NCBI RefSeq assembly: GCF_001194135.2
Contig: NC_068983.1
Location: 93,588,702 to 93,652,701 of the forward strand
Reading direction: 5' to 3'
Length of the DNA stretch: 64,000 nucleotides
From: Octopus bimaculoides
Lineage: Eukaryota
Shown: piece after piece, positions 53,040 to 64,000 of the stretch
Layout: each line of letters begins with the position of its first letter
How positions within the stretch are numbered: position 1 is the stretch's first letter
The notes under the pieces: model-generated
What the model saw: only the letters and a program-made list of their open reading frames with translations
Databases searched by the model: none
Told to the model about the DNA's origin: nothing
Position numbers and translations under genes: made by a program

Positions 53040-53805
53040 TGATGTGTCTGTGTTTGTTCCTCTACCATTACTTGACAACCGATGCTGGTGTGTTTATGTT
53101 CCCGTAACCTAGCAGTTCAGCAAAAGAGACTGATAGAATAAGTACTGGGGGTCAATTTGTTTGACTAAAGATGGTGCTCCAGCATGGCCACAATCAAGTG
53201 ACTGAACCAAGTAAAAGATTAAAGAACAGCTGCAACACCCTAACCACTTGATCACATGTTTTCAAATACACACACACACACATATGTTATAAATATGCAC
53301 AAACAAAGATAATGAAGATAAATATTGCAAGATTGATCACTTTTCATATATTGTGTGTCATATAATTAATTAACCTAAGCAAAGTAATCCAAAGAATTAG
53401 CAAGACTTTGGGATGAGAAAACTCTTGAGAAACATCAGTGTTATTGTGAAAGTCTACAAATGAAGATTTATGGCTGTGTTAAATATACAGTTAATTGCTT
53501 GGTGATTAAAGTGATCATGAAGGTAGTAAGTGAGGTGGATGGTGTGGGTGTTGTTGGTAGTGAAGGTGATTGTGGTGGTATTGTTGTTTAGCCCAGTGTC
53601 AGCCTTGATCAAGGCAACCTATGATCAAAGATGGCTCAGCCATGACCAACCCTTTCTTTTTACAGTTGCATGTTTTAGATATAGTTATATGGTGCAGTCT
53701 GATGACTGCAAGTATGCCTAGAAACTATAAGTAACCATAAGAAAAATCTGTAGTTTATATTACTTTAGCAATGATATTAAATAGGGTGTTGGGTGAAACT
53801 GAAAT

Positions 53806-54144
53806 TTATATATATTATACAGTTCTATATTTAAGAGATGAGGAATTATTTACATTATTTACATTTGACGGATATTTCTCCTCATCTTGTTTGTTGTTAA
53901 CACAATGTTTTGGCTGATATACCCTCCAGCCTTCGTCAGGTGTCTTGGGGAAATTTCGAACCTGGGTTCTCATTCCTAACGATGTTACTATTATTATTAT
54001 ATTATTATTATTACTATTATTAATCAGGTTCGAAATTTCCCCAAGACACCTGACGAAGGCTGGAGGGTATATCAGCCAAAACGTTGTGTTAACAACAAAC
54101 AAGATGAGGAGAAATATCCGTCAAATGTAAATAATGTAAATAAT
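53806..54144. mobile_element. Inverted (head-to-head) pair of Penelope-like termini
   Basis: Arms 53845-53964 and 54025-54144 match at 119 of 120 positions as reverse complements. The 60-bp spacer contains (TAT)n. The left arm extends further to about 53806. Confidence 0.85.
54045..54090 (+). ncRNA. Minimal hammerhead ribozyme motif with G12A core mutation; mirror copy on the minus strand at 53899-53944
   Basis: gacac CTGACGA A ggctg gagggtatat cagcc AAAAC GT T gtgtt: stems I and II intact, palindromic ACGT stem III, GUU triplet, but GAAA has become AAAA. Confidence 0.6.
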
Positions 54145-54917
54145 ATATATTATAGTTCATATTACTTTATACAGGTGCAACGATGGCTGTATGTACAGGT
54201 GCAGAGGTAGCTACGTGGTTAAGAAGCTCACTTTGCAGCCATATGTTGTGGGTTCAGTCTCTCTGCATGGCTCCTTCGGTAACTAAAACTTTCCGAGGTG
54301 GTGCACTAGCATGGTCACAGTCCAATGACTGAAACAAATAAAAGCTAAAAGATATACATTACTCTACACATTTATATCAGTGTTATATATTTTTTTATGC
54401 TGTTGTCAAACACTATGACTACAGAGAGTGAGTCGGCGCTTAGTCATTAAGAGGTGATAGAACCAGTTAACATTGCTCAGACACATCTGATACTCTGGCT
54501 TGATTGTAGTATCTTCGGTTTTAAGAATGGGAATTATTGTGTTGTTGTCCAAGCTGTTATTGTCTATAATTTTGCACAGACAAAGTACTGAAAGATGACC
54601 TCAGGATGCTGAACTTTTCAGACGAGATGATAAAGGACTGAGATACCTGGCACTTTGCTGTACTCAAGAAGAGTTGTACTCCACAGGAGAAGTGTTAAGA
54701 TTGCTCCCCGTGGCAAAGAAGATTGGCCTGCAAGAGTCCTGTGTCAGTGCCATGTAAAAGGCACTCACACTGGTGCCATGTTAAAAGCACGCAGCACATT
54801 GTAAAGTGTTTGGTGTTTGGGAGAGCATCCAGCCATAGAAACCATGCCAAATCAGACTGGAACCTGGTGCTGGTTGGACAAGAGTGGGAAAGCAGCTGGA
54901 GAACTCGATGACAATAC

Positions 54918-54980
<63 letters not shown>

Positions 54981-55329
54981 ATATGTGTGTGTGTGTGTGT
55001 ATAAAACTACTCCAAATCATTGTTAGAGTGTTTGTATAAGTGAAGTCTGGACCAGCTAGTTTGTACTGGCACCAAGTTGTATAAGTTGTAATAATGAAGT
55101 CAAATCAAAAGGTAAACTGAGGAAGGTTTTACATAATGGATGCTTTTCCTATTATATATGATGAAGACCTGAATCACATGTATTAAATGATTTGAAAATA
55201 TCACTATTTGGTTTTACTTCATTTGACAGTTTGGATAAAAGGAAAAGGAAACACAATATCCCATTCATGAATAAAAGTATTTAAATAAATCAAAAAATAT
55301 CAACTAGATTATGGCTGGGAGATAACAAT

Positions 55330-55990
55330 TTACTCAAAATACCTGCCCTCAGCTTCCATCGAGGCCTCAAGACAGCTCCAGAACCTGGTGCATACATTCC
55401 TCACTGTGTCCTTGGGAAGATCCTTGTTCTTGGTGACAGCTCAGCCTCAAGTTTGCATGCAGAGAAGTTGGTGTCTTTCTCAACCATGCCCTACACATAG
55501 TAATCCACAAGATTACAAACAGTGGAATCAGGAAGCCAGAAATTGAGGCTGGTGAAGTCATAGAAATTCTCCAACAACCACTTGTAACTCTATCCAGAGA
55601 TATACCAAGGAGCTGAATCTTGCTGCCACACATATGGCCTTCCAGCAGCAACCCTCTCCAGGCAAGGTTTGACTGCAGTCTCCAGCAGCTCCACATAGCC
55701 ATCTGAACCGAGTCTAAGGCCTGCTTCAAAGATGTGGGGATGAATTCCCGTGTGCGGACACTTTCAGAATGCCTAGTGTGTCTCTTTTTGCTGGCCATGG
55801 CTTCTTAGTCTCCATTGCAGTTGTCCATGTTCATTGAGCAGCAGTCATGATGTTTGCATTTTGATATCCTGTGCAGATCATCATGATATAAATAACGCTT
55901 TTCCAATATTCAGATGGTTCCAGTCCTCCATGTTAGCCAGCTGTTTCTCAACTACTACATAAATTTTTATGCTCTTCACTGCTGTTTACT
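55330..55990 (-). mobile_element. Internally deleted maT (DD37D) transposon relic
   Basis: KKRHTRHSESVRTREF joined to PHIFEAGLRLGSDGYVELLETAVKPCLERVAAGRPYVWQQDSAPW...WLPDSTVCNLVDYYV*G. Exactly 37 residues between the second and third D. Ends ...MEAEGRYFE*. Confidence 0.8.
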
Positions 55991-56085
55991 GTTCACCAAT
56001 AAATCATGAGGATCCTAAAGAATAAAAAGGAGGCAGAAAAATCATTAAATTTAACCCGGACACCTGCTACATAAGAATATATTTA

Positions 56086-57236
56086 TCTGGTCATCCCATA
56101 AGTTCTGTCTGAATTTTGAATAAAGATAACAAGTGATCAAATGTTATATTTAATTGAAATTTAATCATCAATGTACTTTCCTTGATTATCTAAGACTTCC
56201 TTCTATCTATTTACAAGCTTTTTAATCCCATCAATGTAAAACTCTTTTGGTTTCAAAGTGAAGAACTCTGAAATGTCAGTTTTGACCTCCTCCTGGCTTG
56301 TGAAAGTTATGTCCCCCAAATGATTCTGTAAACTACGAAACAAATGGTAGTCTCAAGGAGCAAGTTTGGGAGAATAAGGTGGATGAGGAATTTTTTCCCA
56401 ACCAAGCTCTTCAATCTTCTGTGATCTGATCTTTGCAGTGTGGGGTCACACATTGTCCTGATGAAACATCACTCCTTTTCAATTCACTAAAGAGGGCCTT
56501 TTTTTCTTCAAAGCTTGGTTCAAACACTCTAATTACTGACAGTAGACTTGAGCATTGATTGTTTCATTCGGTAGTAACAATTCAAAAGGAATTACTCCTT
56601 TGCAATCCCACTAGAAAGAGAGAAGAACCTTTTTTCCATGAAGTTCCCTTCTCGGTTGTGGTTGAGTTTTTTCCCTTTTACCAAGCCACTGTTTACGACA
56701 TTTAACATTTTGATAGAACATCCATTTTTCATTACCAGCCACAAGTCATTCCAAAAAGGCTGAAATGAGTTTGCGAAAATGGAGAGAAGGGCAGTTGTCA
56801 ACTCAGGATTTGCAGTTGCTTTCAGATAATTCATGAGGCACCCATTTTTGAAGTTGTTGAAGATGACAATGAACAGTTGTATGGTTTGAACTAAGCTTTA
56901 TTGCCAATTCTTCAACTGATAATGCAGGATTTTCTTCAAGTAATGCCTCAAGGGGCTTATCATCAAACTCAATTGGACGTCCTGTTTGATCTTCATCTTC
57001 AAGGCTGAAATCTCCACTTCTGAATTTTGCAAACCATCTTCTGCAAGTTCTTTCATTCAAGCATTCTTTCTCATAAACTGTGTGTATGTTTCGCGTCGCT
57101 TTGGCTGCAGAGTTTCCTTTTTGTGCCTCAAATGGACACTTCCATGTTAGAAAGGGTTTTACTCAAAGGAATTTTAATTCTATTATTCTTTAAGATAATA
57201 TTTAATTAGTTTAAATGTACACACATGCATAAAAAT
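56086..57236 (-). mobile_element. Mariner (DD34D) transposon copy 2, near full length, inactivated
   Basis: TA plus TIR tctggtcatcccataagttctgtctg. Peptides ERTCRRWFAKFRSGDFSLED, KWVPHEL, and FHQDNV*PH...HPPYSPKLAP*DYHLF (34 residues between Ds). Several stops and an ~20-bp deletion relative to copy 1. The other TIR falls in the gap. Confidence 0.9.
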
Positions 57237-58186
57237 NNNNNNNNNNNNNNNNNNNNNNNNNNNNNNNNNNNNNNNNNNNNNNNNNNNNNNNNNNNNNNNN
57301 NNNNNNNNNNNNNNNNNNNNNNNNNNNNNNNNNNNNNNNNNNNNNNNNNNNNNNNNNNNNNNNNNNNNNNNNNNNNNNNNNNNNNNNNNNNNNNNNNNNN
57401 NNNNNNNNNNNNNNNNNNNNNNNNNNNNNNNNNNNNNNNNNNNNNNNNNNNNNNNNNNNNNNNNNNNNNNNNNNNNNNNNNNNNNNCTGTACTTGACTGG
57501 TACTTACTTTATCAACTCCCAAAATTTGAAAGGCAAAATCAGCCTTGGGGGATTTTGAACTCAGAACATAGAGACAGATAAAATGCTGCTAAGCATCTCG
57601 CTCAGTGTGCTAATGATTCTGCCAGCTCACTGTCTTACTTATCTGAAATATTGATAGATTAATTAATTATCTGGAATATTGATAAGTTGTTATTGCTACT
57701 GACATCTAATTAACACAAGAAAGGGAGCTTTGTTCCATATATTCAATTATATGTGAACGTTGTCAGATCTTGCTTCTCAACAGGTGAAGTATATGTGCTT
57801 TTAGTATCACACTAGTTTTACCACTGTTTTAAGAGGATGATGAAGTCTTTTTTAATGAGCTGGATGTGGTTTATAACATTTGTGTGAGCAACACCATTCC
57901 AAATATGGGGCAGTACTGTAATGTAGGACATATCGCCTATATATCTATTCTTTTATTTTTTTATTCTGTTACTTGTTTCAGTCATTAGACTGTGGCCATG
58001 CTGGGGCACTGCTATGAAGAATTTTATTTGAATGAATCAACCCCAGTACTTTAATTTTTTTAAAGCATGGTACTTATCCTATTGGTCACTTTTGCCAAAC
58101 CACTAAGTTATGGGGCCATAAATGCACCAACACTGGTTGTCAAGCCATGATGGTGGACAAACATGGATACACACACACACACTCAC

Positions 58187-58221
<35 letters not shown>

Positions 58222-58224
<3 letters not shown>

Positions 58225-59050
58225 TGGGTGATGGGTAAATTGTTGCCATATTATATTTTTTATTTCACGCATTGCTTGATTTTAAATTTACTGACTACAC
58301 AGTATAGTAGGGTCAATTGAGCACCATCTGTGAGAAAGACAGCACCCTGGTGCAATTCAGTCTGCCAGAAATTTGGAAACGACATGCTGTACTGCTTGGC
58401 ATTCATGCCAGAAGCTCCAGTACGAAACGGTGGAAGCTCCAATACAAACATGTACCAATACAGACATGTACTGAGAGTGATAAAAATCAAACATTCAGTC
58501 AACATCATGATGTTTGGAGTGATCACTAGTGTTGGTGACATTATGCCTCCAGTCATCTTCCCACATGGCCTCAGGCTCAACACGGAGGCCTACATCAAGT
58601 ACCTGGAGGAGGTAGTGCTGCCCTGGGTCAAGAGGGTGGCTGCTGGAAGACCCTACATCTGGCAAAAAGACTCTGCACCATGCCACATAAGCAGGAGAAC
58701 CAAGTCATGGCTGTCAGACAATTTCTGCAACCACATCACTCCTAACATTTGTGTAGAGTGCAGTTGAGTGAGAGACCAGCAAAACTCCTTGTAACACCAA
58801 AGATGAACTGAAGGCAAGGATTATGGCAGCATTCACCAACTTAAACTAGGAGGCCATCTAAATGAATCACAGGAGATTCTGAAGTTGTCTGGAGGCTGTG
58901 GTTGAAGCCAATGGTGATTTTATTAGACAAATTTACTCTTTAGTATTTCAAGATATTTTTGTGCAATTTTGGTGAATATATTTGTTAAAATGAGATGTCA
59001 GTTTTATTTTCATTTTTGCATAATTTAGATAATTTATTAATTGCATCCTA
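58222..59050 (+). mobile_element. Internally deleted maT (DD37D-family) transposon
   Basis: MMFGVITSVGDIMPPVIFPHGLRLNTEAYIKYLEEVVLPWVKRVAAGRPYIWQKDSAPCH; the third-D motif is deleted after HITPNI; C-terminus KDELKARIMAAFTNL...LEAVVEANGDFI. Decayed TIRs next to (TA)n. Confidence 0.8.
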
Positions 59051-59094
59051 TATACATATATATATATATATATATACACACATACATATATATA

Positions 59095-59337
59095 CTAGAG
59101 TAAGCACATAAATGTGAAACAAGGTGGTCAAAATAGTATTTGAATACCAGAGGTAGAATAATATGCTTTATTAATAAAGCTGCAAAGACATCACAAAAAC
59201 TGGTACTCAGAGTTTCACATTCATCGGACAGTTTTGGCTGAGACAAATGGCAATGGGAAACTGTCCGACAAACAGGAACATGAAATTCTGAGTAACAGTT
59301 TTTGTGATGTCTTTGCAGCTTTATTAATAAAGTATAT
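59095..59337. repeat. Inverted-repeat element (PLE-terminus-like) with hammerhead-like motifs in both arms
   Basis: Arms 59161-59233 and 59258-59337 are reverse complements (ctttattaataaagctgcaaagacatcacaaaaactg.tactcaga.tttca...tcggacagttt) with a 24-bp spacer. Confidence 0.75.
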
Positions 59338-59679
59338 ATATGTTAAAGTCTGTCATACCGGCCATGATGAAATACCACAAGGTATAGAAAATACGTATTC
59401 GCCTTTATATATTTAATCCTTTATATTGAACACTCAATATTTCATATATTCAATAAGACATATTCCATATATTCAATAAGACATTCAATACTTTATTTCA
59501 TTGTACCATCCATTTTTATATTATATATTGTATATTCTATATTCTATATCCCACATTAATTTTACAAGAATATAAATAAAACATAAAAAACAGACAGAGT
59601 TGGAACTCTTTTAAATAAAATAATATATTCCTCTATATACAATCATACAAAACCCCTTTTTTTTGTATTTATTTTTACT

Positions 59680-59704
<25 letters not shown>

Positions 59705-59721
<17 letters not shown>

Positions 59722-60400
59722 CAACAGGCTTCTTTCAGTTTTTGTTTACCAAATCCACTCACAAACAAAGCTTTGGTCAGCCTGAGGCTATTGTAGAAGA
59801 CACTTGCCCAAAGTGCTATGCAGTGGTACTGAACTCAGGACCATGTGGTTGGGAAGCAAACTTCTTACTATGCAGCCACTCCTGTACCTATATTGTATTT
59901 ATTGTATATTTGTTTTAATATCTTACCCACATATCTGCCATATTTATGTTTTCTTGATATCTTGTTCAGATGTCTTCTATATTTTTATCTTTTCCCAGTT
60001 GCAGTTATTGAACTGTGGTCATGTAGGGGCATCGCCTTGAAGGATTTTAGTCTAGCAAATTGATCCTTGTACTTGTTTTTTTATTTATAAAGCCCAGCAT
60101 TTATTCTGTAGTTGTCTTTTGCCAAACAGCTGTTACAGGATATAAACAAACTAACACCAGTTGTTAAGCAGTGGTGGGGGACAAAAACATACTTTCTCTC
60201 TCTCTCTCTCTCTTTCTTTCTTTTACACACATACGCACATATACGACAGACTTCTTACGGCTTATGTCTACCAAATCTACTAACAAGGCTTTAGGTGGCC
60301 TAAGGCTATATTAGAAGACATTTTCCCAGGGTGCAACAGAGTGAGACTGAACCCAAGATTACATGGTTGAGATGCAAGCTTCCTAACCACATAACCATGT
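59705..60400 (-). mobile_element. Two family-A SINE copies (minus strand) upstream of the TMEM245 exon
   Basis: Reverse complement of the SINE head at 59705-59890 and of a full copy at 59990-60400. Confidence 0.75.
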
Positions 60401-60685
60401 TAATATCTTGCCTACATGTCTACCATATTTATCTACTATTTCTGAATGCCTTGTTTACATATTCTTCTTATTCATCTGCATTCTCATAACGCTCATGTTT
60501 TCCATATTTAACCATGTTTTCTTAACATCCAGGCCACATGTTGTACACGTTTTTTTGCATCTCTTGCCAATCGATACATTTTTCATATTCCTGAGATATT
60601 TTCTCAAGCATTTTCATTATCTTGCCTATGTTTTTAAATTCATATATTCTAAATATTTAAAATGTGTTTCCATTTCTTCTGTCAG

Positions 60686-60917
60686 GTATGGACTGTCCTA
60701 CTGGGCTATGTCATAATGATAGCATTGTACTGGAAACCAGAAAACAACAACCAACTACAATATTTATCCATTCCTGTATGGGTATTATTTGTGCTTCATC
60801 TCTGTTCTTCTGCTGGCTCACTCAGTGCACCAATCTTCATTCTGGCAGTAGCTATGCTGGCTATTGGCTATGTGTCAGAGGTGAATCAAGCAAAAGCAGA
60901 AAAGGGTGAAATCTCAG
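60686..60917 (+). CDS. TMEM245: Internal coding exon of a TMEM245 orthologue (multi-pass membrane protein, AI-2E/PerM-like family)
   Basis: Acceptor tttccatttcttctgtcAG| and donor tcag|GTaatc. 232 nt, phase 0 to phase 1, open: VWTVLLGYVIMIALYWKPENNNQLQYLSIPVWVLFVLHLCSSAGSLSAPIFILAVAMLAIGYVSEVNQAKAEKGEIS. Three hydrophobic segments. Aligns without gaps to the human TMEM245 segment as I recall it (WTLVVGYVLTVSFKW...[34 protein letters not shown]). Recalled from memory; confirm with BLASTP. Confidence 0.85.
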
Positions 60918-60951
60918 GTAATCACAATTTATCATTTTTTATCATTTGACC

Positions 60952-61341
60952 TAGTGGTTTTCAACCAAGGTCCATATAGCCCCTGAGAGTCCATATAAGA
61001 TTTTTTTGTGAGCCACTAGAGCAAAATAGTAATGAAAGGGGTTAAAAAAAACAGGTGAGAATCACGGATCTAATCAAGATGTATGATTTTGGAGAAAAGT
61101 CACTAAAATTTAAATCATCATCATTTATTGCAAGAAACAGTTATGTTTCTTTCTGTAACACTTAACATAGTTGAACATGTTTCTTGCTAATGTATGCAAG
61201 TGAACGTGTGAAAAACAAAATAGGAATTTTGAAAGAAGTAACTATAAAACTAGTTTTTAAAACATCAAATGGCTATGGGGTCTACCAGAATAAAATAGTA
61301 ATCAAAGGGGTCTATAGGTAAAAGATGGTTGAGAACCACTG
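60952..61341. mobile_element. hAT-type MITE with 8-bp target-site duplication
   Basis: TIRs tagtggttttcaacc / ggttgagaaccactg. Flanks atttgacc (60944-60951) and atttaacc (61342-61349). Confidence 0.8.
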
Positions 61342-61347
61342 ATTTAA

Positions 61348-61567
61348 CCCTTTAGCATACAAATTAGTCTGTCTAATGTATTACTTATTATTTACACATT
61401 TAAAAAATTAATTTTGCATTATCTCATAGCTTTGAGATTTTGATGATGAAATTGATTATATTTAGAATGACATTGTAGGGTTAGTGTGAGAGGCCAGATC
61501 TGACTAGTTTGAATATAAAATAGGTAGAATATTTAAGTTGAATTTGGCCTGTTTAAATGCTAAAATG
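61348..61567. mobile_element. piggyBac-type (TTAA) MITE
   Basis: TTAA|ccctttagcat ... aatgctaaaatg|TTAA. Confidence 0.75.
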
Positions 61568-61770
61568 TTAACTGAGTGTATTATTGCAGAATTCATCAAT
61601 ACTCTTCCCTCTAGTTGTGGAATGACCACTTGTGGCTTTCTTAACAACACAATACTCTTGTCATAGAATTTTTGTGGAAGAATATGGAATTGGGTTTTCC
61701 CATTGCTTTCCTCTGGGTGTCATTTTTTTTAAAACACATTATCTTGTCAGCTATTGTCAATTCTGAGAGA

Positions 61771-61842
<72 letters not shown>

Positions 61843-62649
61843 ACATGTGCATGTGTGAGAGATGAAAGAGAAGAAAGAGAAATTGATCCCAGGGTACTTT
61901 ATTAATGTTAAAGGATGAAAGGCAAAATTGACCTTAGCAGAATTTGAAGTCAGTGTGTGTGTAGAGAGAACTGGAACAAATACCACAAGGCATTTTATCC
62001 AATGCTGTGACAACTTTTTCTTATTTGCCATTTTATTTAAACCCTAGCATGAAGTTGAGCTATCCAGTAAACCTCTCCTGAAAAATAAGTACAGAATGGT
62101 CAGCTTACTATCCTTACAAGCACACACGCATACGCATGCATCAAAAATTAACTGTATTCTAGAATATATATCCATGTAGATCACCATCATCATCACCACC
62201 ATAATAATAATAATAATGATAATAATAATAATAATAATTATTATTATTATTATAATATGTTTTATGACATATATATTTGATGTTATTCAATATCTCCAGC
62301 TCTGTATGATTCTATTTAATATGTTTGTACAGCTATATATATTTGAGGCTATTCAATATGTCCAAGCACATATACTCAAAGCTATTCTATATTTCAATAT
62401 CTCTTATTATACATTCAATGATATTCAATATATCTGTCCAAATATATATGATGTTATTCTTGATATCAAGCTTCGTCCTATATTAGATTTAATAGCCATT
62501 GCTATCAAAAGTAGTCCGTCCATTTCTTTTATTCTCTATAGATAGCTGAGGTTCTGTACAAGCTAAAAAACTGGAGTGCAGTCTACTTATCATTTATATA
62601 GCAGAATAATAATGGTACTAAGAACAATATTAAGGACTTTTCAACAAGC

Positions 62650-63385
62650 AGGCAAGTGTGATTGTGTGGTAAGAAGCTTGTTTTCAGTCCCACTGTGTAG
62701 CACTTTGGCTGAGTGTCATCTAGTATACCCTTGGGTCAACCAAAGCTTTGAGTGGATTTGGTAGATGGAATCTGAAAGAAGTCCGTCATATGTATGTGTA
62801 TTTCTTTATGTCAGTGTTGGTATGCTTACATCCCCATAACTTAGCAGCTCAGTAAAAAGACCAATAGAATAAGTACCAGGCTTAAAAAAAAGAATGAAAG
62901 TACTGGGGTTGATTTATTCAACTAAAAATTCTTCAAGGCGGTGCCCCAGCATGACAGCAGCCTAGCGACTGAAACAATAAAAGATAAAAGATGTGGTAAG
63001 AAGTTTGCTTCCCAACCACATGGTTCCTGGTTCAGACTCACTGTGTGACACTTTGGGCAAGTGTCTTATACTATAGCTTCAGGCTGACCAAAGCCTTATG
63101 AGTGGATTTGGTAGAAGGAAACTGAAAGAAGCCTGTCATATGCATGTGTGTGTGTCTTTGTGTCTGTGTTTGTTTCTCTCACCTACTACTTGACAATTGG
63201 TATTGGTGTGTTTATATCTCCATAACTTGTGGTTTGGCCAAAGAGACCGATAGAATAAGTACCAAACTTTAAAAAAATGCAAAAAGTCCTGGAGTCGACT
63301 GATTCAACTAAAAATTCTCCAAGCCAGTGCCCCAGCATGACCACAGTCCAATGACTGAAACCAGTAACAAATAAAAGATAAAAGA
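62650..63385 (+). mobile_element. Two tandem family-A SINE copies (plus strand) downstream of the TMEM245 exon
   Basis: Heads at about 62650 and 62992, each followed by an internal (TG)-rich tract and a tail ending aaaagataaaaga. Confidence 0.8.
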
Positions 63386-63744
63386 TTACCACAGCAATAA
63401 TAATAATTGTTTCTAGTTCAGGCACAAGACTAGAATTTTTGAGGAGAAGCAGGTCATTCCATTACCATTGATCTTAGTACTTGACTGGTACTTCATAAGG
63501 GTGACAACCAAAGTTGACCACAGTGTTATTTGAACTCAACATGTAGAGAGCAGCAAGTACTGCGAAGTATTTTTCCCAATGTAACAATTCTGTCATTCTG
63601 AAATAAACTTGACTGCTCTCACAAACAAGAATACTAAAAATGAACCCAACTGCTCTCAAAAATTAAGTAAAAAAAAACAGAAAAATAATCCAGAATCTTT
63701 GTCCAGTACCTGATCAATCCTAATGGTAGTCATGGAATGTGAAG

Positions 63745-64000
63745 GTGGGTGTGCGGGCTGTGTTTGTAATGCTGTGTATGTGTCGTCTATAGTGAAAAAT
63801 TTATCCATGCATGAAAGAAAATGGAAAGGACCTGCATATGGTGCTGTTAACAGAGATTTAACAACATCGTTGCGCACAAAAATGTGAATCCAAGAAGTAA
63901 AGCTTCCTTTAAGGCAGGGCTAGAAATGCAATTGTCAAGTAGGTAAGAGGTTTTAAACGGGAGCGATATATTCAAAATTAGTAAAACTAAAAACTGTCAA
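63745..64000 (-). mobile_element. Gypsy LTR-retrotransposon integrase C-terminal (GPY/F) relic
   Basis: IHIFVRNDVVKSLLTAPYAGPFHFLSCMDKFFTIDD matches THVFVRxDxxxxxLxxPYxGPFxVxxRxxKxFxI. Confidence 0.7.

Noticed and set aside
60664-60909. Alternative Cys-rich frame (MDCPTGLCHNDS...) over the TMEM245 exon
   Set aside because: The other frame matches TMEM245 and stays open to the donor; this one stops before it.
62046-62100. Candidate next TMEM245 exon (HEVELSSKPLLKNKYRM)
   Set aside because: Open only in phase 0, whereas the upstream exon ends in phase 1 at its best donor; no recognisable TMEM245 motif.

Overview
AT-rich, CpG-depleted eukaryotic scaffold with nine N-gaps and dense (TA)n/(CA)n/(CAT)n/(TAT)n microsatellites. 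The repeat families and composition look like an octopod cephalopod genome (inference, not a database result). The only confidently recognisable host-gene sequence is one internal + strand exon (60686-60917) of a TMEM245 orthologue. The exon(s) for the TMEM245 N-terminus are not visible, so most of the window is probably a very long 5' intron, or those exons sit in a gap. The rest is a layered transposon landscape: three tRNA-derived SINE families, RTE, CR1/L2-like and R4/Dong-like LINE fragments, Penelope-like termini, a Gypsy integrase relic, mariner DD34D and maT DD37D transposase relics, and mariner-, hAT- and piggyBac-type MITEs. The most interesting signal is two unrelated inverted-repeat elements (53845-54144 and 59161-59337). 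Both arms of each carry decayed minimal hammerhead-ribozyme motifs. In the second element the two arms complement each other to reconstruct a hammerhead fold with a non-canonical U4C core. Also noted: inverted SINE pairs bracketing the TMEM245 exon, a locally templated insertion inside a SINE, a head-to-tail SINE array, and a speculative chain of unexplained exon-like segments. No intact transposase, RT, tRNA, rRNA or CRISPR array is supported. Most repeat boundaries are approximate (tens of bp).
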